Both the position numbers and the translations under genes were made by a program. DNA of 64,000 bases, from sequence record OR424388.1; one strand, given 5' to 3'. Numbering within the stretch: position 1 is the first letter of the stretch; each line of letters starts with the position of its first letter. This document shows, piece by piece, positions 8,734 through 18,192 of the stretch. Source of the stretch: Escherichia phage HEMP5. The notes beneath the pieces were generated by a model. The model made no database searches, was not told the origin of the DNA, and was given only the letters and a program-made list of their open reading frames with translations.

Positions 8734-8740
8734 TTAAACC

Positions 8741-8890
8741 TCAATTGATACATTCATATTTAACTTGTAACAGTAATAAGCTCCAACCTAAAATAATAGT
8801 TGGAATCATAAGAGGAACCGTTACACTATAGTATATACTTATTATAATCATCAAGATTAAAAGCAACACTGTTATAATTTTGCTTTTCAT
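8741..8890 (-). CDS. small hydrophobic protein (49 aa; imm.1-like)
   Basis: ATGA overlap with the imm stop; MKSKIITVLLLILMIIISIYYSVTVPLMIPTIILGWSLLLLQVKYECIN. Confidence 0.45.
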   Translation of the reverse strand: MKSKIITVLLLILMIIISIYYSVTVPLMIPTIILGWSLLLLQVKYECIN

Positions 8891-9138
8891 TCCTTCTCTC
8901 TGATGATAATTACCTGATTTGGTTGTGCAGACTTTTTAGTTTCACCCGCAATTGACCAAATAAATGTAATAAACCAACCAATAATTGACCAGTTAAACAG
9001 TAAAGACGTGAAAAAGATTCCTACTGTTGATTTTGACCCACGCATCAAGGCGATGAACCATGGAAGCATGTATATAATAATAGCCAACACACCTGAAACT
9101 AAAACCATAAAAATTGAACCTGCTACTAAAGTTTCCAT
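8887..9138 (-). CDS. imm: Imm superinfection immunity membrane protein
   Basis: 83 aa; two transmembrane segments; matches recalled T4 Imm. Confidence 0.9.
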   Translation of the reverse strand: METLVAGSIFMVLVSGVLAIIIYMLPWFIALMRGSKSTVGIFFTSLLFNWSIIGWFITFIWSIAGETKKSAQPNQVIIIREKE

Positions 9139-9145
9139 GTTTTCC

Positions 9146-9526
9146 TCACTTAGTCAAATTTTTTACACATGAATTATAAGAATTCACTACATACTCCATC
9201 GGAGCATTTTTACCAGTACGCCATTGGTAATTATTAGCCCAATTAGCCCAAATTTCGGCGCAGTAGTTTTCAATTTTTTCTTCGCGTGTAATTACATCAG
9301 AATTACGATATGCTTGAGCAGATTCATCTGGACGAATAGCTTCGTCAAAATTCGCCTGCATTTGTTCGACTGTTTGCTTTGGAGCTTCTTTATAACACTT
9401 GACATTAGGATTATAAAACTTGCTTGAACAGTTTACAATTTTTCCTGCATCAGACTGATTTACTACCGGTCCTTGAGCTACACAACCAGTAAGACCTAAT
9501 GCAATAACCAAAATAGCGATTTTCAT
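9146..9526 (-). CDS. putative lipoprotein
   Basis: 126 aa; signal peptide with lipobox LTGC; GAGGAAA RBS. Confidence 0.7.
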   Translation of the reverse strand: MKIAILVIALGLTGCVAQGPVVNQSDAGKIVNCSSKFYNPNVKCYKEAPKQTVEQMQANFDEAIRPDESAQAYRNSDVITREEKIENYCAEIWANWANNYQWRTGKNAPMEYVVNSYNSCVKNLTK

Positions 9527-9536
9527 AATAATTTCC

Positions 9537-9773
9537 TCAAATGCAAGTAGTAATTACTCCAGTAGTGCTTATGCAGGTATTACCCATTTGCACACCTAAA
9601 GATCCATTTGTATTCGCATGAAGATTATCATCAATTTTAACTGATATTTTACCATTAGTGTGAATAACAGTGCTAGATTCAATCACAGGTTGAGTATCAT
9701 TTTCAACACTAACAAATGGAACTGCTGCTAATGCAACTAAACAAACTGCTAAGCATCCCATAACAATTTTCAT
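9537..9773 (-). CDS. small secreted/membrane protein
   Basis: 78 aa from internal ATG with GGAG RBS (MKIVMGCLAVCLVALAAV...); the longer six-frame ORF start lies inside the upstream promoter. Confidence 0.6.
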   Translation of the reverse strand: MKIVMGCLAVCLVALAAVPFVSVENDTQPVIESSTVIHTNGKISVKIDDNLHANTNGSLGVQMGNTCISTTGVITTCI

Positions 9774-9810
9774 TTTATTCTCCAAATCCGTATCAGTAGT
9801 TGATAGTTGT

Positions 9811-9840
9811 ATAGTACCATGGAAGAACATTCTTGTAAAC
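9811..9840 (-). promoter_or_regulatory. T4-early-type promoter (-35 GTTTAC, -10 TACTAT), one copy of a repeated promoter-leader cassette
   Basis: About 45 bp nearly identical to cassettes at 34905-34959, 36345-36399 and 50970-51038. Confidence 0.55.
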
Positions 9841-9922
9841 AGTTTTGTGAAAATTTTTTAGTGAATTCTAAATGTCCAGAATCATCTGTTTTTCATAAGT
9901 ATAGATTTATATTACTTGTATG

Positions 9923-9943
9923 AAAAAGGGACCCGGAGGTCCC
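9923..9943 (-). terminator. terminator hairpin after gene 43 (GGGACC-UCCG-GGUCCC plus U-run)
   Basis: 6-bp GC stem with tetraloop followed by U5 on the minus-strand RNA. Confidence 0.55.
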
Positions 9944-9956
9944 TAGATTTATTCTA

Positions 9957-12653
9957 TCAGCCAAACAGGAAGTCTAACGAAGCTTTTTCTTCATAGTCCA
10001 TACCAGCTGATTCACACATGCCCGCAAGCGGTTTAACAAACGATTTTTGGAACAAAGTTGAGTAGTCAATCCAAGACAGTACGTCAGAACGAATTTCTTT
10101 TGGAAGTTCTGTACCCGACGGCCAAGCAATGCATTTGTCACCAAATGGATTTCCTTCACGCAATGGAAGAACCATTACTTTATTTCCATCCAAAATTGGA
10201 GCTACACCTAAACCGCTAACAGCTCGACGATAAGTTAGCACACCACGAATATGGAACGGACATTTAAATCCTGGCCAACCTTTATCATCATATTTCGCTA
10301 TATCGTTCGCAGTTTTTACTTCAGCAATAACTTTATAGTCGAGTTGACGATATTCTTTCTCGAAGTTCTTGTAATATTCTTGGACAGACTCTTCACCTTC
10401 CTGAAGAATACGACGAATACTTTCTTCGAGAGCTTCTTGGACCGCTTTGGGCGTTGAACTCTGCTGAGTTTCCATACCCATGATTTTTAGATGCGGTTCA
10501 GCAAATCGCTTATCTTCCATATCATAAACGTTCAGAGCATAACGCTTTTTCGCTTTCCAAAATCCACCAACGCCCTTTGAACCAAGTGGAGGGCAAGAAA
10601 TAGCTTCACGGTCCATATGCATCAGATGCTCGCGGTTATTCATATAATCACATAACTCACGATATGCAACATCAATCATAGGTTCCATCTTTTTCTTACC
10701 GAACTGATTCATGAATTCAACTAAATCGTTCTGCTCTTTGAATCGGTCAAGACCAACTTTTTCAATAACTTTATCTACACAAACATATACCGAATCAGTA
10801 TCACCTGCTGCGATGAAATCTTCGCCATTGGTTCCGCATACTTTATTCAGATATTCATTAATTTTACGAGCAATCCACTGAATACCAACTTGGCCGAAAA
10901 TTGTGATAGCAGTAGCATTTCGTAAATCATAGTAACGGAAATGAATATTACCAAGAGCACCATAAAGACTGTTAATAAGAATTTTACGGTTCAGCTGATT
11001 TGTATTAGCAAGTGTAGCCGCTTTTTCACATTCCTCAATCAGACTATTGAGAACAGATTCAGTATAATTCGATAGTTCATTTAAGAAATCATCACTGAAC
11101 TTAACATATCGTTCAACTTCAGGTTTAGTTGAACAAGACCCTGCGCCTTTCATAATAATCTTTTTAATAGCTTCGGCATTCATTTCTTCAGCGAACATTT
11201 TCTTTTTCCAATCTTTACGCTGGAAAAATACTTTAGCGATTTCCTTTGGAATGATACCTTCTTGATGCTTATCATACATCCATCCATTCGGAGAACAAGA
11301 ATATTCATCACTCGGTTTAGGAGCTGTTCCTGCGATATATTCATGAATTGGATGAACTTTAAACTGACCACGAATAGTCTCAGGACTAATGTTAACCTGA
11401 CGAATAATGCTAGGATACAGAGACGTCAAGTCAAAACTCATAATATATCGACGAGCAATTGGTTTAGGTTCAAATACAAATGCACCTGGAAAACTTTGTT
11501 TAACGTGCGAACCTTGTTGAGGAATAACCTTATGTTCACCTTTCAATGAGTTAAAAATAATAGCATCCCAGGTTTTAATAGGACTCATTACACCAGAAAA
11601 AGGCATTTTAGCGTAATAAGACATACTTAAAACTAGATCGATAAACCCGCGAATTTTATCAATTGCTTGAACTGATTCTACGTCAATGATGTTATAACTA
11701 ATATATCGTTGATGATTAGTCTCACGAAGTTTATTAATAGGACCGTCGTATGGTAATTTGCCCTTTTTAGTTTCATGCTGAGCAACTGATTCCAAAGAGA
11801 ATGACGGCAAATTAGTAAATGCGAATTTCTTATACAAATCTAAATAATCAAGAATAGATACGCCATCAATAGAATAAATTTCTTTGCTGCCGTACATATT
11901 TTGAATTAGTTTAGATTTTACCCGACCGATTGGAGAGAAGCGTTTCATACTGCGTTCACCGAGAACCATTTTAACGCGATTCATGATATACGGAACGTCA
12001 AATCCCTCAATATTCCAACCAGTAAAAATAGCAGGTCGTTTCTGTTCCCAAAGATTGATATATTCCATGAGCATATCGCGCTCATTATCGAATGGCATAT
12101 AAATTACTCGGTCAAGAATTTCTTGAGGAACTTCATCACCACCTTCACAGTCAAGCTTAGCAGCTAACTTTGCATCCCATTTTGATACTGAACCGTACAT
12201 TGAATTCAAAAGGTCGAAAACATAAAAACGATCATCAATTGAATCGTAATGAGTGATAGCATCAATTTCATATTCAGCTTTCATTGGGTCAGGAAATTTA
12301 TCACCAGTAACCTCAATGTCACAGTTAGCTACACGAACAAATTTTCGGTCATAAACAATTTCCGAACCATATGTATCACTGATATAAGCGAGTTTAAAAT
12401 CGTTCATACCGAGAGCTTCGAGACCGATGTCTTCCATTCGTTTCATCCAATCTCGAGCATCTTTCATTGATGGAAATTTTTGAGGAGCACAATTTTTACC
12501 ATAGATGTCTTTGTATTTTGACTCTTCCTTACAATGCCTAAACATAGTCGGAAGATATTCTACTTCACGAGTACGTTCCTTTCCGTTTTCATCAATATAA
12601 CGTTCAACAATGTTATTTCCGACTGTTTCAATAGAGATATAAAATTCTTTCAT
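9957..12653 (-). CDS. 43: DNA polymerase gp43 (family B, with 3'-5' exonuclease)
   Basis: 898 aa; exo and polymerase motifs (DTDS); essentially identical to recalled T4 gp43. Confidence 0.97.
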   Translation of the reverse strand: MKEFYISIETVGNNIVERYIDENGKERTREVEYLPTMFRHCKEESKYKDIYGKNCAPQKFPSMKDARDWMKRMEDIGLEALGMNDFKLAYISDTYGSEIVYDRKFVRVANCDIEVTGDKFPDPMKAEYEIDAITHYDSIDDRFYVFDLLNSMYGSVSKWDAKLAAKLDCEGGDEVPQEILDRVIYMPFDNERDMLMEYINLWEQKRPAIFTGWNIEGFDVPYIMNRVKMVLGERSMKRFSPIGRVKSKLIQNMYGSKEIYSIDGVSILDYLDLYKKFAFTNLPSFSLESVAQHETKKGKLPYDGPINKLRETNHQRYISYNIIDVESVQAIDKIRGFIDLVLSMSYYAKMPFSGVMSPIKTWDAIIFNSLKGEHKVIPQQGSHVKQSFPGAFVFEPKPIARRYIMSFDLTSLYPSIIRQVNISPETIRGQFKVHPIHEYIAGTAPKPSDEYSCSPNGWMYDKHQEGIIPKEIAKVFFQRKDWKKKMFAEEMNAEAIKKIIMKGAGSCSTKPEVERYVKFSDDFLNELSNYTESVLNSLIEECEKAATLANTNQLNRKILINSLYGALGNIHFRYYDLRNATAITIFGQVGIQWIARKINEYLNKVCGTNGEDFIAAGDTDSVYVCVDKVIEKVGLDRFKEQNDLVEFMNQFGKKKMEPMIDVAYRELCDYMNNREHLMHMDREAISCPPLGSKGVGGFWKAKKRYALNVYDMEDKRFAEPHLKIMGMETQQSSTPKAVQEALEESIRRILQEGEESVQEYYKNFEKEYRQLDYKVIAEVKTANDIAKYDDKGWPGFKCPFHIRGVLTYRRAVSGLGVAPILDGNKVMVLPLREGNPFGDKCIAWPSGTELPKEIRSDVLSWIDYSTLFQKSFVKPLAGMCESAGMDYEEKASLDFLFG

Positions 12654-12690
12654 AGATATTCCTTAGTTTATAGCCCGAGTTATTAGGCTC
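12654..12690 (-). promoter_or_regulatory. gene 43 translational operator (hairpin with AAUAACUC loop adjacent to the RBS)
   Basis: Minus RNA reads GAGCCUAAUAACUCGGGCUAUAAACUAAGGAAUAUCU-AUG; matches the known autogenous repression site of T4 DNA polymerase. Confidence 0.7.
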
Positions 12691-12713
12691 TTGATATATT
12701 ATACTCCAATTAA

Positions 12714-12727
12714 GGGGCCGAAGCCCC
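12714..12727 (-). terminator. GGGGC-UUCG-GCCCC hairpin in the regA-43 intergenic region
   Basis: Perfect 5-bp stem with UUCG tetraloop on the minus RNA; weak U-tract, so may be a stability element rather than a terminator. Confidence 0.45.
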
Positions 12728-12731
12728 TTGC

Positions 12732-13100
12732 TTAATTACCAATCGTATATTTAGGAACGAGTTTCCATTCATGTTTTTGTTTAAAAGAAATAACTCGGAA
12801 ATTATTAGTTAAATCTTTCATAAAAGTTCTTTGACCAGGAACGATTTCAATCAGTCCCCAATCTTCTAACAACCATGCAATCGAATCACGACGAACTTCA
12901 TCTTCTTCTGTCATTTCAACCTGGCGACCATCCATACGAAGCATTTCTTTAAAATGAACGATATAGTATAGTCCTTTTTTCTGAAGAATATGACAGGACT
13001 GATACAGAACTTTATCTTTATTATTAGCAATTCCCATACGAGTCAAAGTTTCTTTTACTTTCAGAAAATCTTCAGGTTTTTTAAGAGTAATTTCAATCAT
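12732..13100 (-). CDS. regA: RegA translational repressor
   Basis: 122 aa; matches recalled T4 RegA. Confidence 0.95.
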   Translation of the reverse strand: MIEITLKKPEDFLKVKETLTRMGIANNKDKVLYQSCHILQKKGLYYIVHFKEMLRMDGRQVEMTEEDEVRRDSIAWLLEDWGLIEIVPGQRTFMKDLTNNFRVISFKQKHEWKLVPKYTIGN

Positions 13101-13101
13101 T

Positions 13102-13665
13102 TTACCATTCCAATGCTAGTTTTTTGAGTTGTTTCTGTTCTTTTACGTTCTTAGTCACTTCTTTCAAAAAATCATCCGTGACTAATCCTTTAAGTTCTTT
13201 TAATACTAAAGGTAGTTTTCCATTTTTAGTAAGAATTGATTTATAGTTAATTGCATCATTTGTATTAACTTGATAACGCTTAGCAAGTAACTTAATAATC
13301 AATACTTCGGTGGAATCTTCAACTAGTTTTGCCCATTTACCATATCTTTTACCACGAGGAACTGCAGCCATTAGATAATTAAAATGAGCTTCATCACTTA
13401 ATCCAGAACCGATTAAATTCATAGCATATACAGCTGGCATGCACTCTGGAAATTGTGATAATGCATTTTCAACCATGAATTTTGAATAATCTTTTTGAGC
13501 AATAGAGCATTTAGTTTTATTATTAATAGCTCCAATTATTTCAAAAAACTCATTTTCAGCTTTTTCTTTAAAAGAATCAGCAGCGGATTGGACAGCCGTC
13601 CAATCTTTTGAATACCAAGCAACTTGATGCTCGTTTAATTGAATATCATCTTCAAATAAGCTCAT
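13102..13665 (-). CDS. 62: clamp loader small subunit gp62
   Basis: 187 aa from ATG ([14 protein letters not shown]...); the six-frame ORF starts at an upstream GTG. Confidence 0.9.
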   Translation of the reverse strand: MSLFEDDIQLNEHQVAWYSKDWTAVQSAADSFKEKAENEFFEIIGAINNKTKCSIAQKDYSKFMVENALSQFPECMPAVYAMNLIGSGLSDEAHFNYLMAAVPRGKRYGKWAKLVEDSTEVLIIKLLAKRYQVNTNDAINYKSILTKNGKLPLVLKELKGLVTDDFLKEVTKNVKEQKQLKKLALEW

Positions 13666-13666
13666 A

Positions 13667-14626
13667 TCACTTCCACTGCATTTCACATGCTAACTGAATG
13701 AAAAGATAAGCTAAATGCAATTCAGTATTAGCTGCAATACCATGATACTGATTATTTTCGCCGACAATTTCGTACATACGAATAATACTCTGTGGAGTTA
13801 CACGTGAATAGATTTCTTCGGCAAGTTTACCCACGAACCACGAATAATCGGCTGCATATTTTGGTGCTAAAGCTCTGAGTTGTTTAACATCTTTATTTTT
13901 GAGAGACTCAAGAACATCATCAATAGCACCACGATCGTTAGTAACCAGTGATAAAATACCAGCATCCAAAACACCCTTAGATGAATAACTATCGAGCTCG
14001 CCAATAGTTTTACGAAAATCAGGAAAATTCTTTTTAACCAAAGCTGCTACAACTTTCATATCAGCTATAGCAATTCCTTCATGCTTGCAGATTTCAGTCA
14101 ATCGACGAATCATCTGCTTCATCATTTCAATTTTATCTTCATCGGTCGGTTGACCGAATGTAATAACTCGGCAGCGTGACTGAAGTGGTTTAATAATACC
14201 ATCAATATTGTTAGCAGTAATAATAATACTACAGTTTGAACTATAAGCTTCCATAAAGGAACGAAGATGTCGCTGAGACTCTGCTAACCCTGAACGGTCA
14301 AATTCATCAATAACGATTACTTTTTGACGACCGTCAAATGAAGCTGCGCTGGCAAAATTAGTCAAAGGACCACGAACGAAATCAATTTTACAATCTGATC
14401 CATTCACAAACATCATATCAGCATTTACATCATGACACAATGCTTTCGCTACAGTTGTTTTACCTGTTCCTGGAGAAGGAGAATGAAGAATAATATGTGG
14501 AATCTTACCTTTACTTGTAATAGATTTAAAGGTTTCTTTATCAAAGGCGGGAAGAATACATTCATCGATAGTAGATGGACGATATTTCTGTTCAAGAATG
14601 TGTTCTTTTTCATTTACGGTAATCAT
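13667..14626 (-). CDS. 44: clamp loader ATPase gp44 (AAA+)
   Basis: 319 aa from ATG ([11 protein letters not shown]...); Walker A SPGTGKTT; the six-frame ORF starts at an upstream TTG. Confidence 0.95.
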
Positions 14627-14661
14627 AATTTCCTCATTCAAGTTTTAGTGTAAATTATAAA

Positions 14662-14673
14662 GGGCCGAAGCCC
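14662..14673 (-). terminator. GGGC-UUCG-GCCC hairpin between genes 45 and 44
   Basis: 4-bp stem with UUCG loop on the minus RNA followed by a U/A-rich tract. Confidence 0.4.
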
Positions 14674-14677
14674 TCTA

Positions 14678-15364
14678 TTAAAAATCGTGGGTAGAATCAG
14701 CTTCAAGAGCTACTACATAATTCGCATGTTCACCTTCAAATTTAGCAGCACCTTGTTTACCTTTTGCCCAGAGCAGAAGTTTATAATTTCCTGGTTGCAT
14801 TTTCATATTTGCCATATTGATAATGAAATTAAATGTATTTTCACCATCATAATCACCAAGAGTCAAAGAATATTTAACACGGGTCAAAGCAGAATCTTCT
14901 ACTTTATTAAAACCGTTAATTACGATTTTACCTTCTTTTACCGTGATAGCAATTGTATCAATTTGCAGACCACGAGATACACGCAACAGTTGTTGAAGGT
15001 CTTCAGCTTTAATTTCAGTAACAACAGATGCTACCGGGAATGGAATTGGTTTATTAGGAGCAACTACTGTACTCGGATCGGCTGCTGGCCAAAAAATTGT
15101 TGAGCGGGCATCAGCAATTTTAATATTTCCATCTTCTGACTGGGAAATTTCTGCATCATCATTAACTAGCGACAGAATACCGAGAAAACCGTTCAAATCG
15201 TAAATTGCTACATCAAAATCAATAACGTCAGAAATATTCGCTTCTGCATAAGTTGTACCATTAACCGCACGAGTCATAATAAATTGACCGGATTTAAGCA
15301 TAATACCAGAGTTAATAGTAGCGAAATTTTTCAGCAGAGCAGTAGTATCTTTAGACAGTTTCAT
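14678..15364 (-). CDS. 45: sliding clamp gp45
   Basis: 228 aa; matches recalled T4 gp45. Confidence 0.95.
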   Translation of the reverse strand: MKLSKDTTALLKNFATINSGIMLKSGQFIMTRAVNGTTYAEANISDVIDFDVAIYDLNGFLGILSLVNDDAEISQSEDGNIKIADARSTIFWPAADPSTVVAPNKPIPFPVASVVTEIKAEDLQQLLRVSRGLQIDTIAITVKEGKIVINGFNKVEDSALTRVKYSLTLGDYDGENTFNFIINMANMKMQPGNYKLLLWAKGKQGAAKFEGEHANYVVALEADSTHDF

Positions 15365-15393
15365 GTAATTTCCTTCAATTCAAATGAGATTTA

Positions 15394-15420
15394 ATTTTAT
15401 AACTAATTAAATAAAGCAAT
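15394..15420 (-). promoter_or_regulatory. MotA-dependent middle promoter upstream of gene 45
   Basis: Minus strand reads ATTGCTTTATTTAATTAGTTATAAAAT (MotA box TGCTTTA, 12-nt spacer, -10 TAAAAT). Confidence 0.5.
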
Positions 15421-15809
15421 TAACGATTAAAATCAGCTGCGATTGTTTCGGCAACAATTTGAGCAGCAACAATTAGACGTTCATCTGCATTACCGCAATA
15501 TTCATCTTCAAGGCGTTCACCACATGAAGTCATAATAAATTTAGCACCGGCGTTTAGAGATTCTGTAGTATGTTTGCGCATTAGTTCAATCCATTTATTA
15601 CTTACTTCATGATCGATAGCTTCATAATACGCATGACGAGCAGGTGCAGATTTAATTTTGTTCTGAATAACTTCCATTGCGTTATCAGAAAGAGACAAAA
15701 CCCATGCTCGACGAATTTTATTTTGGTTTTGTGGATTTGATTCAGAACGCACGTGTTTTGGCTGAATATCTTTTACATCAACAGTATAATTCACAGTAAT
15801 TTTAGTCAT
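15420..15809 (-). CDS. rpbA: RNA polymerase binding protein RpbA
   Basis: 129 aa; same length and position as T4 rpbA. Confidence 0.85.
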   Translation of the reverse strand: MTKITVNYTVDVKDIQPKHVRSESNPQNQNKIRRAWVLSLSDNAMEVIQNKIKSAPARHAYYEAIDHEVSNKWIELMRKHTTESLNAGAKFIMTSCGERLEDEYCGNADERLIVAAQIVAETIAADFNR

Positions 15810-15818
15810 AATACACCT

Positions 15819-16007
15819 TTAGTCATAATAATCAGTAACAGTCCAAGCTTCATTTCTATTGGACATTATTTTTGTATATTCTGCTTTAAATGCATTCCTA
15901 AGCATAGATTCAGTAACTATATGCTCTTCATTAGAAAAATTATTTCTCAGAATATATCGTTTTATTTCAGGAATAGTTAATAGATGTTGTCCAGTTGAAT
16001 ATTCCAT
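15819..16007 (-). CDS. hypothetical protein (T4 45.2 position)
   Basis: 62 aa; strong GGAGG RBS. Confidence 0.65.
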   Translation of the reverse strand: MEYSTGQHLLTIPEIKRYILRNNFSNEEHIVTESMLRNAFKAEYTKIMSNRNEAWTVTDYYD

Positions 16008-16062
16008 GTTTTTCCTCCACAGAGATTATACTCTAATAAATTAAAGCATAATCTCTTATAAA

Positions 16063-17745
16063 TTAAACCATTACAGTAAATCGACCAACTTTCTTCATTT
16101 GAAGGTGCTGACCATATGCTTGTGGGTCATGATCTCTATGCGAAATAACAAAAACATTAGTATTTTTTAAACTATCTAAAATAGTTGAAATAGCTTTTAC
16201 ACCTTCAACATCGGTCGCTGAATCAAAAACTTCATCAAGAATTAGTGTGTTTATTTTAACACCTGAAACTTTTTCAGCAATATCACGCCAAGTAAATAAA
16301 AGAGCAATATCAATTCGTGCTTTTTCACCTTGACTGAATGAAGCATAACTAAAATCTTCACGACCACGGGATTTAATTGTCTCATTAAATTCTTCATCTA
16401 ATGTAAACACATAATCCGCTTCCATTATTTTAAGATAATGGTTAATCTGCTTATTAAATAATGGAATGTACTTTTTAATAATAGCACCTTTAATACCAGA
16501 ATCTTTGAGCATATCAGTCAAAATTCCTCGGTGGTATTTTTCCATTACTAAATTAGTTTTTGTCTTAACAATTTTATCAAGTTCTTCTTGAAGCAGTGCT
16601 ATTTCATCAGCATGGTCAATAAACTCAGAAGATGCTTTTTCTATAGCCGCTTTAACTTTTTTAGCTTTATCTACCGTCGTGATTAGAGATTGCTTTTTAT
16701 TGCGAATATCATTTGCCAACGACTGCTGGGTTTTAATATTATCTCGGTATTCATCAACAAGAACTTTTAAATTATCACGATGTGTTGAAAGCTGTTCAAA
16801 CGAATGCGTGCATTCAGAAACTTTATCTTTAATTTTAGAAACAACTTTATCACCGGAACTTAATTGTGACAAACAGGTTGGACATAATCCACCTTCGTGA
16901 TACATATTAATGACTTTATTATACGAGTCAATTTTTGATTTAATTAAAAATGCTTCTTGACCGATTTTATTAAATGCATCAGTCGGGTCTTCATCTAAAA
17001 CAATATTAACTAATCTTTCATTAGCTTCTTCTATTTCCGATTTTAGCGTTCTAGCTTCTTTTGCCAAATCATCATACATATTTTGAAGACGAGTAAGGTT
17101 GTCACCCGTTAATTTTTTCTGGCGTTCAACGTTATCATTATATATTTTAATTTGTTGGATAATACTATCTTTTTTAACATCAAGCACTTGGTTTTGTGAA
17201 TTTAATTCACGTATTAGTGCTTTATTAAGCTTATCCATTTCAGCTAATGTTCCTACCTCAAGCAGGTCTTCCACAAGCTTTCTTCGTGCAGGGGTCGACA
17301 AACCCATGAAAGGGGTATACCCTGCTGTACCAAGGACAACAATCTGCTTGAAACTGGCATATGACATTCCGATAAGCTGTTCAAATTCTGCTTGGAAATC
17401 TTTACTGCTGGCAGATTCATTAAGACGTGTACCGTTAACGGTGATTTCGAAAACGTTTGGTTTTTGTCCTCTTTTGATATAGTACTTTTTCTCATCATAT
17501 TCCATCCACAGTTCAACTAAAAGTTCTTTCTTATTTGTGCTGTTTATTAATTGACCTTTCTTTACATCACGAAATGGCTTACCAAAAAGCCCAAATGTGA
17601 TGGCTTCTAGCATAGTAGACTTACCACCGCCATTTCGTCCAGTAATAAGAGTTTTTTGAACCTTATCTAATTGAATGTCAATAGGATTTCCACCTACTGA
17701 CATTATATTTTGATACCTAACTCGGTTTAGTTTAAAATTCTTCAC
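16063..17745 (-). CDS. 46: recombination endonuclease subunit gp46 (Rad50/SbcC-like)
   Basis: 560 aa; Walker A GRNGGGKST and zinc-hook CPTC; initiates at GTG overlapping the upstream stop (GTGA). Confidence 0.95.
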   Translation of the reverse strand: MKNFKLNRVRYQNIMSVGGNPIDIQLDKVQKTLITGRNGGGKSTMLEAITFGLFGKPFRDVKKGQLINSTNKKELLVELWMEYDEKKYYIKRGQKPNVFEITVNGTRLNESASSKDFQAEFEQLIGMSYASFKQIVVLGTAGYTPFMGLSTPARRKLVEDLLEVGTLAEMDKLNKALIRELNSQNQVLDVKKDSIIQQIKIYNDNVERQKKLTGDNLTRLQNMYDDLAKEARTLKSEIEEANERLVNIVLDEDPTDAFNKIGQEAFLIKSKIDSYNKVINMYHEGGLCPTCLSQLSSGDKVVSKIKDKVSECTHSFEQLSTHRDNLKVLVDEYRDNIKTQQSLANDIRNKKQSLITTVDKAKKVKAAIEKASSEFIDHADEIALLQEELDKIVKTKTNLVMEKYHRGILTDMLKDSGIKGAIIKKYIPLFNKQINHYLKIMEADYVFTLDEEFNETIKSRGREDFSYASFSQGEKARIDIALLFTWRDIAEKVSGVKINTLILDEVFDSATDVEGVKAISTILDSLKNTNVFVISHRDHDPQAYGQHLQMKKVGRFTVMV

Positions 17746-18005
17746 AAAAGATTCCTTTTAATGTATCTTTTAGACCATTCTATCATATCATCATAATCTA
17801 AAAAGTATTCATCAAATTCAGCCACGCAAACAACGCCTTGTGCTGTTTTTGATGTAATATAAATTATTCCAACATATCTAGAATCTTCTTCGGTATAATC
17901 AATATTTGCTATGAATTCATCATTAATGTCAAATGTCGAAAACTTCACAGTATGCATCCTTAATACAAGATACAGCCATATCTTGTAATGATTTAGGTGT
18001 GTCAT
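17742..18005 (-). CDS. hypothetical protein (46.1-like)
   Basis: 87-aa six-frame ORF; start uncertain (alternative ATG at 17957); overlaps the upstream ORF. Confidence 0.55.
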   Translation of the reverse strand: MTHLNHYKIWLYLVLRMHTVKFSTFDINDEFIANIDYTEEDSRYVGIIYITSKTAQGVVCVAEFDEYFLDYDDMIEWSKRYIKRNLL

Positions 18006-18192
18006 TATCTAAAATGTTGAAGTTAAAAGATACAGCCCAGTCAGTGCAGACCGTAACCTTTTTAATACAATTATCTTCAACCTCTAGCGGTTCAAACCAA
18101 TATTCAATAATTTCTTTATGACCAATATCATCTTTTACTTCGCATTCAAAATGCTGACTCATCATAACATTTTTAAATTCATCAAAAGTCAT
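17929..18192 (-). CDS. hypothetical protein (46.2-like)
   Basis: 87 aa; ATGA overlap with the gene 47 stop; GAGG RBS. Confidence 0.6.
   Translation of the reverse strand: MTFDEFKNVMMSQHFECEVKDDIGHKEIIEYWFEPLEVEDNCIKKVTVCTDWAVSFNFNILDNDTPKSLQDMAVSCIKDAYCEVFDI

Noticed and set aside
9781-9840. CRISPR array, considered because of the repeated ~45-bp blocks
   Set aside because: The repeats are promoter-leader cassettes tens of kb apart, each followed by a gene; there are no short regularly spaced repeats with unique spacers and no cas genes.
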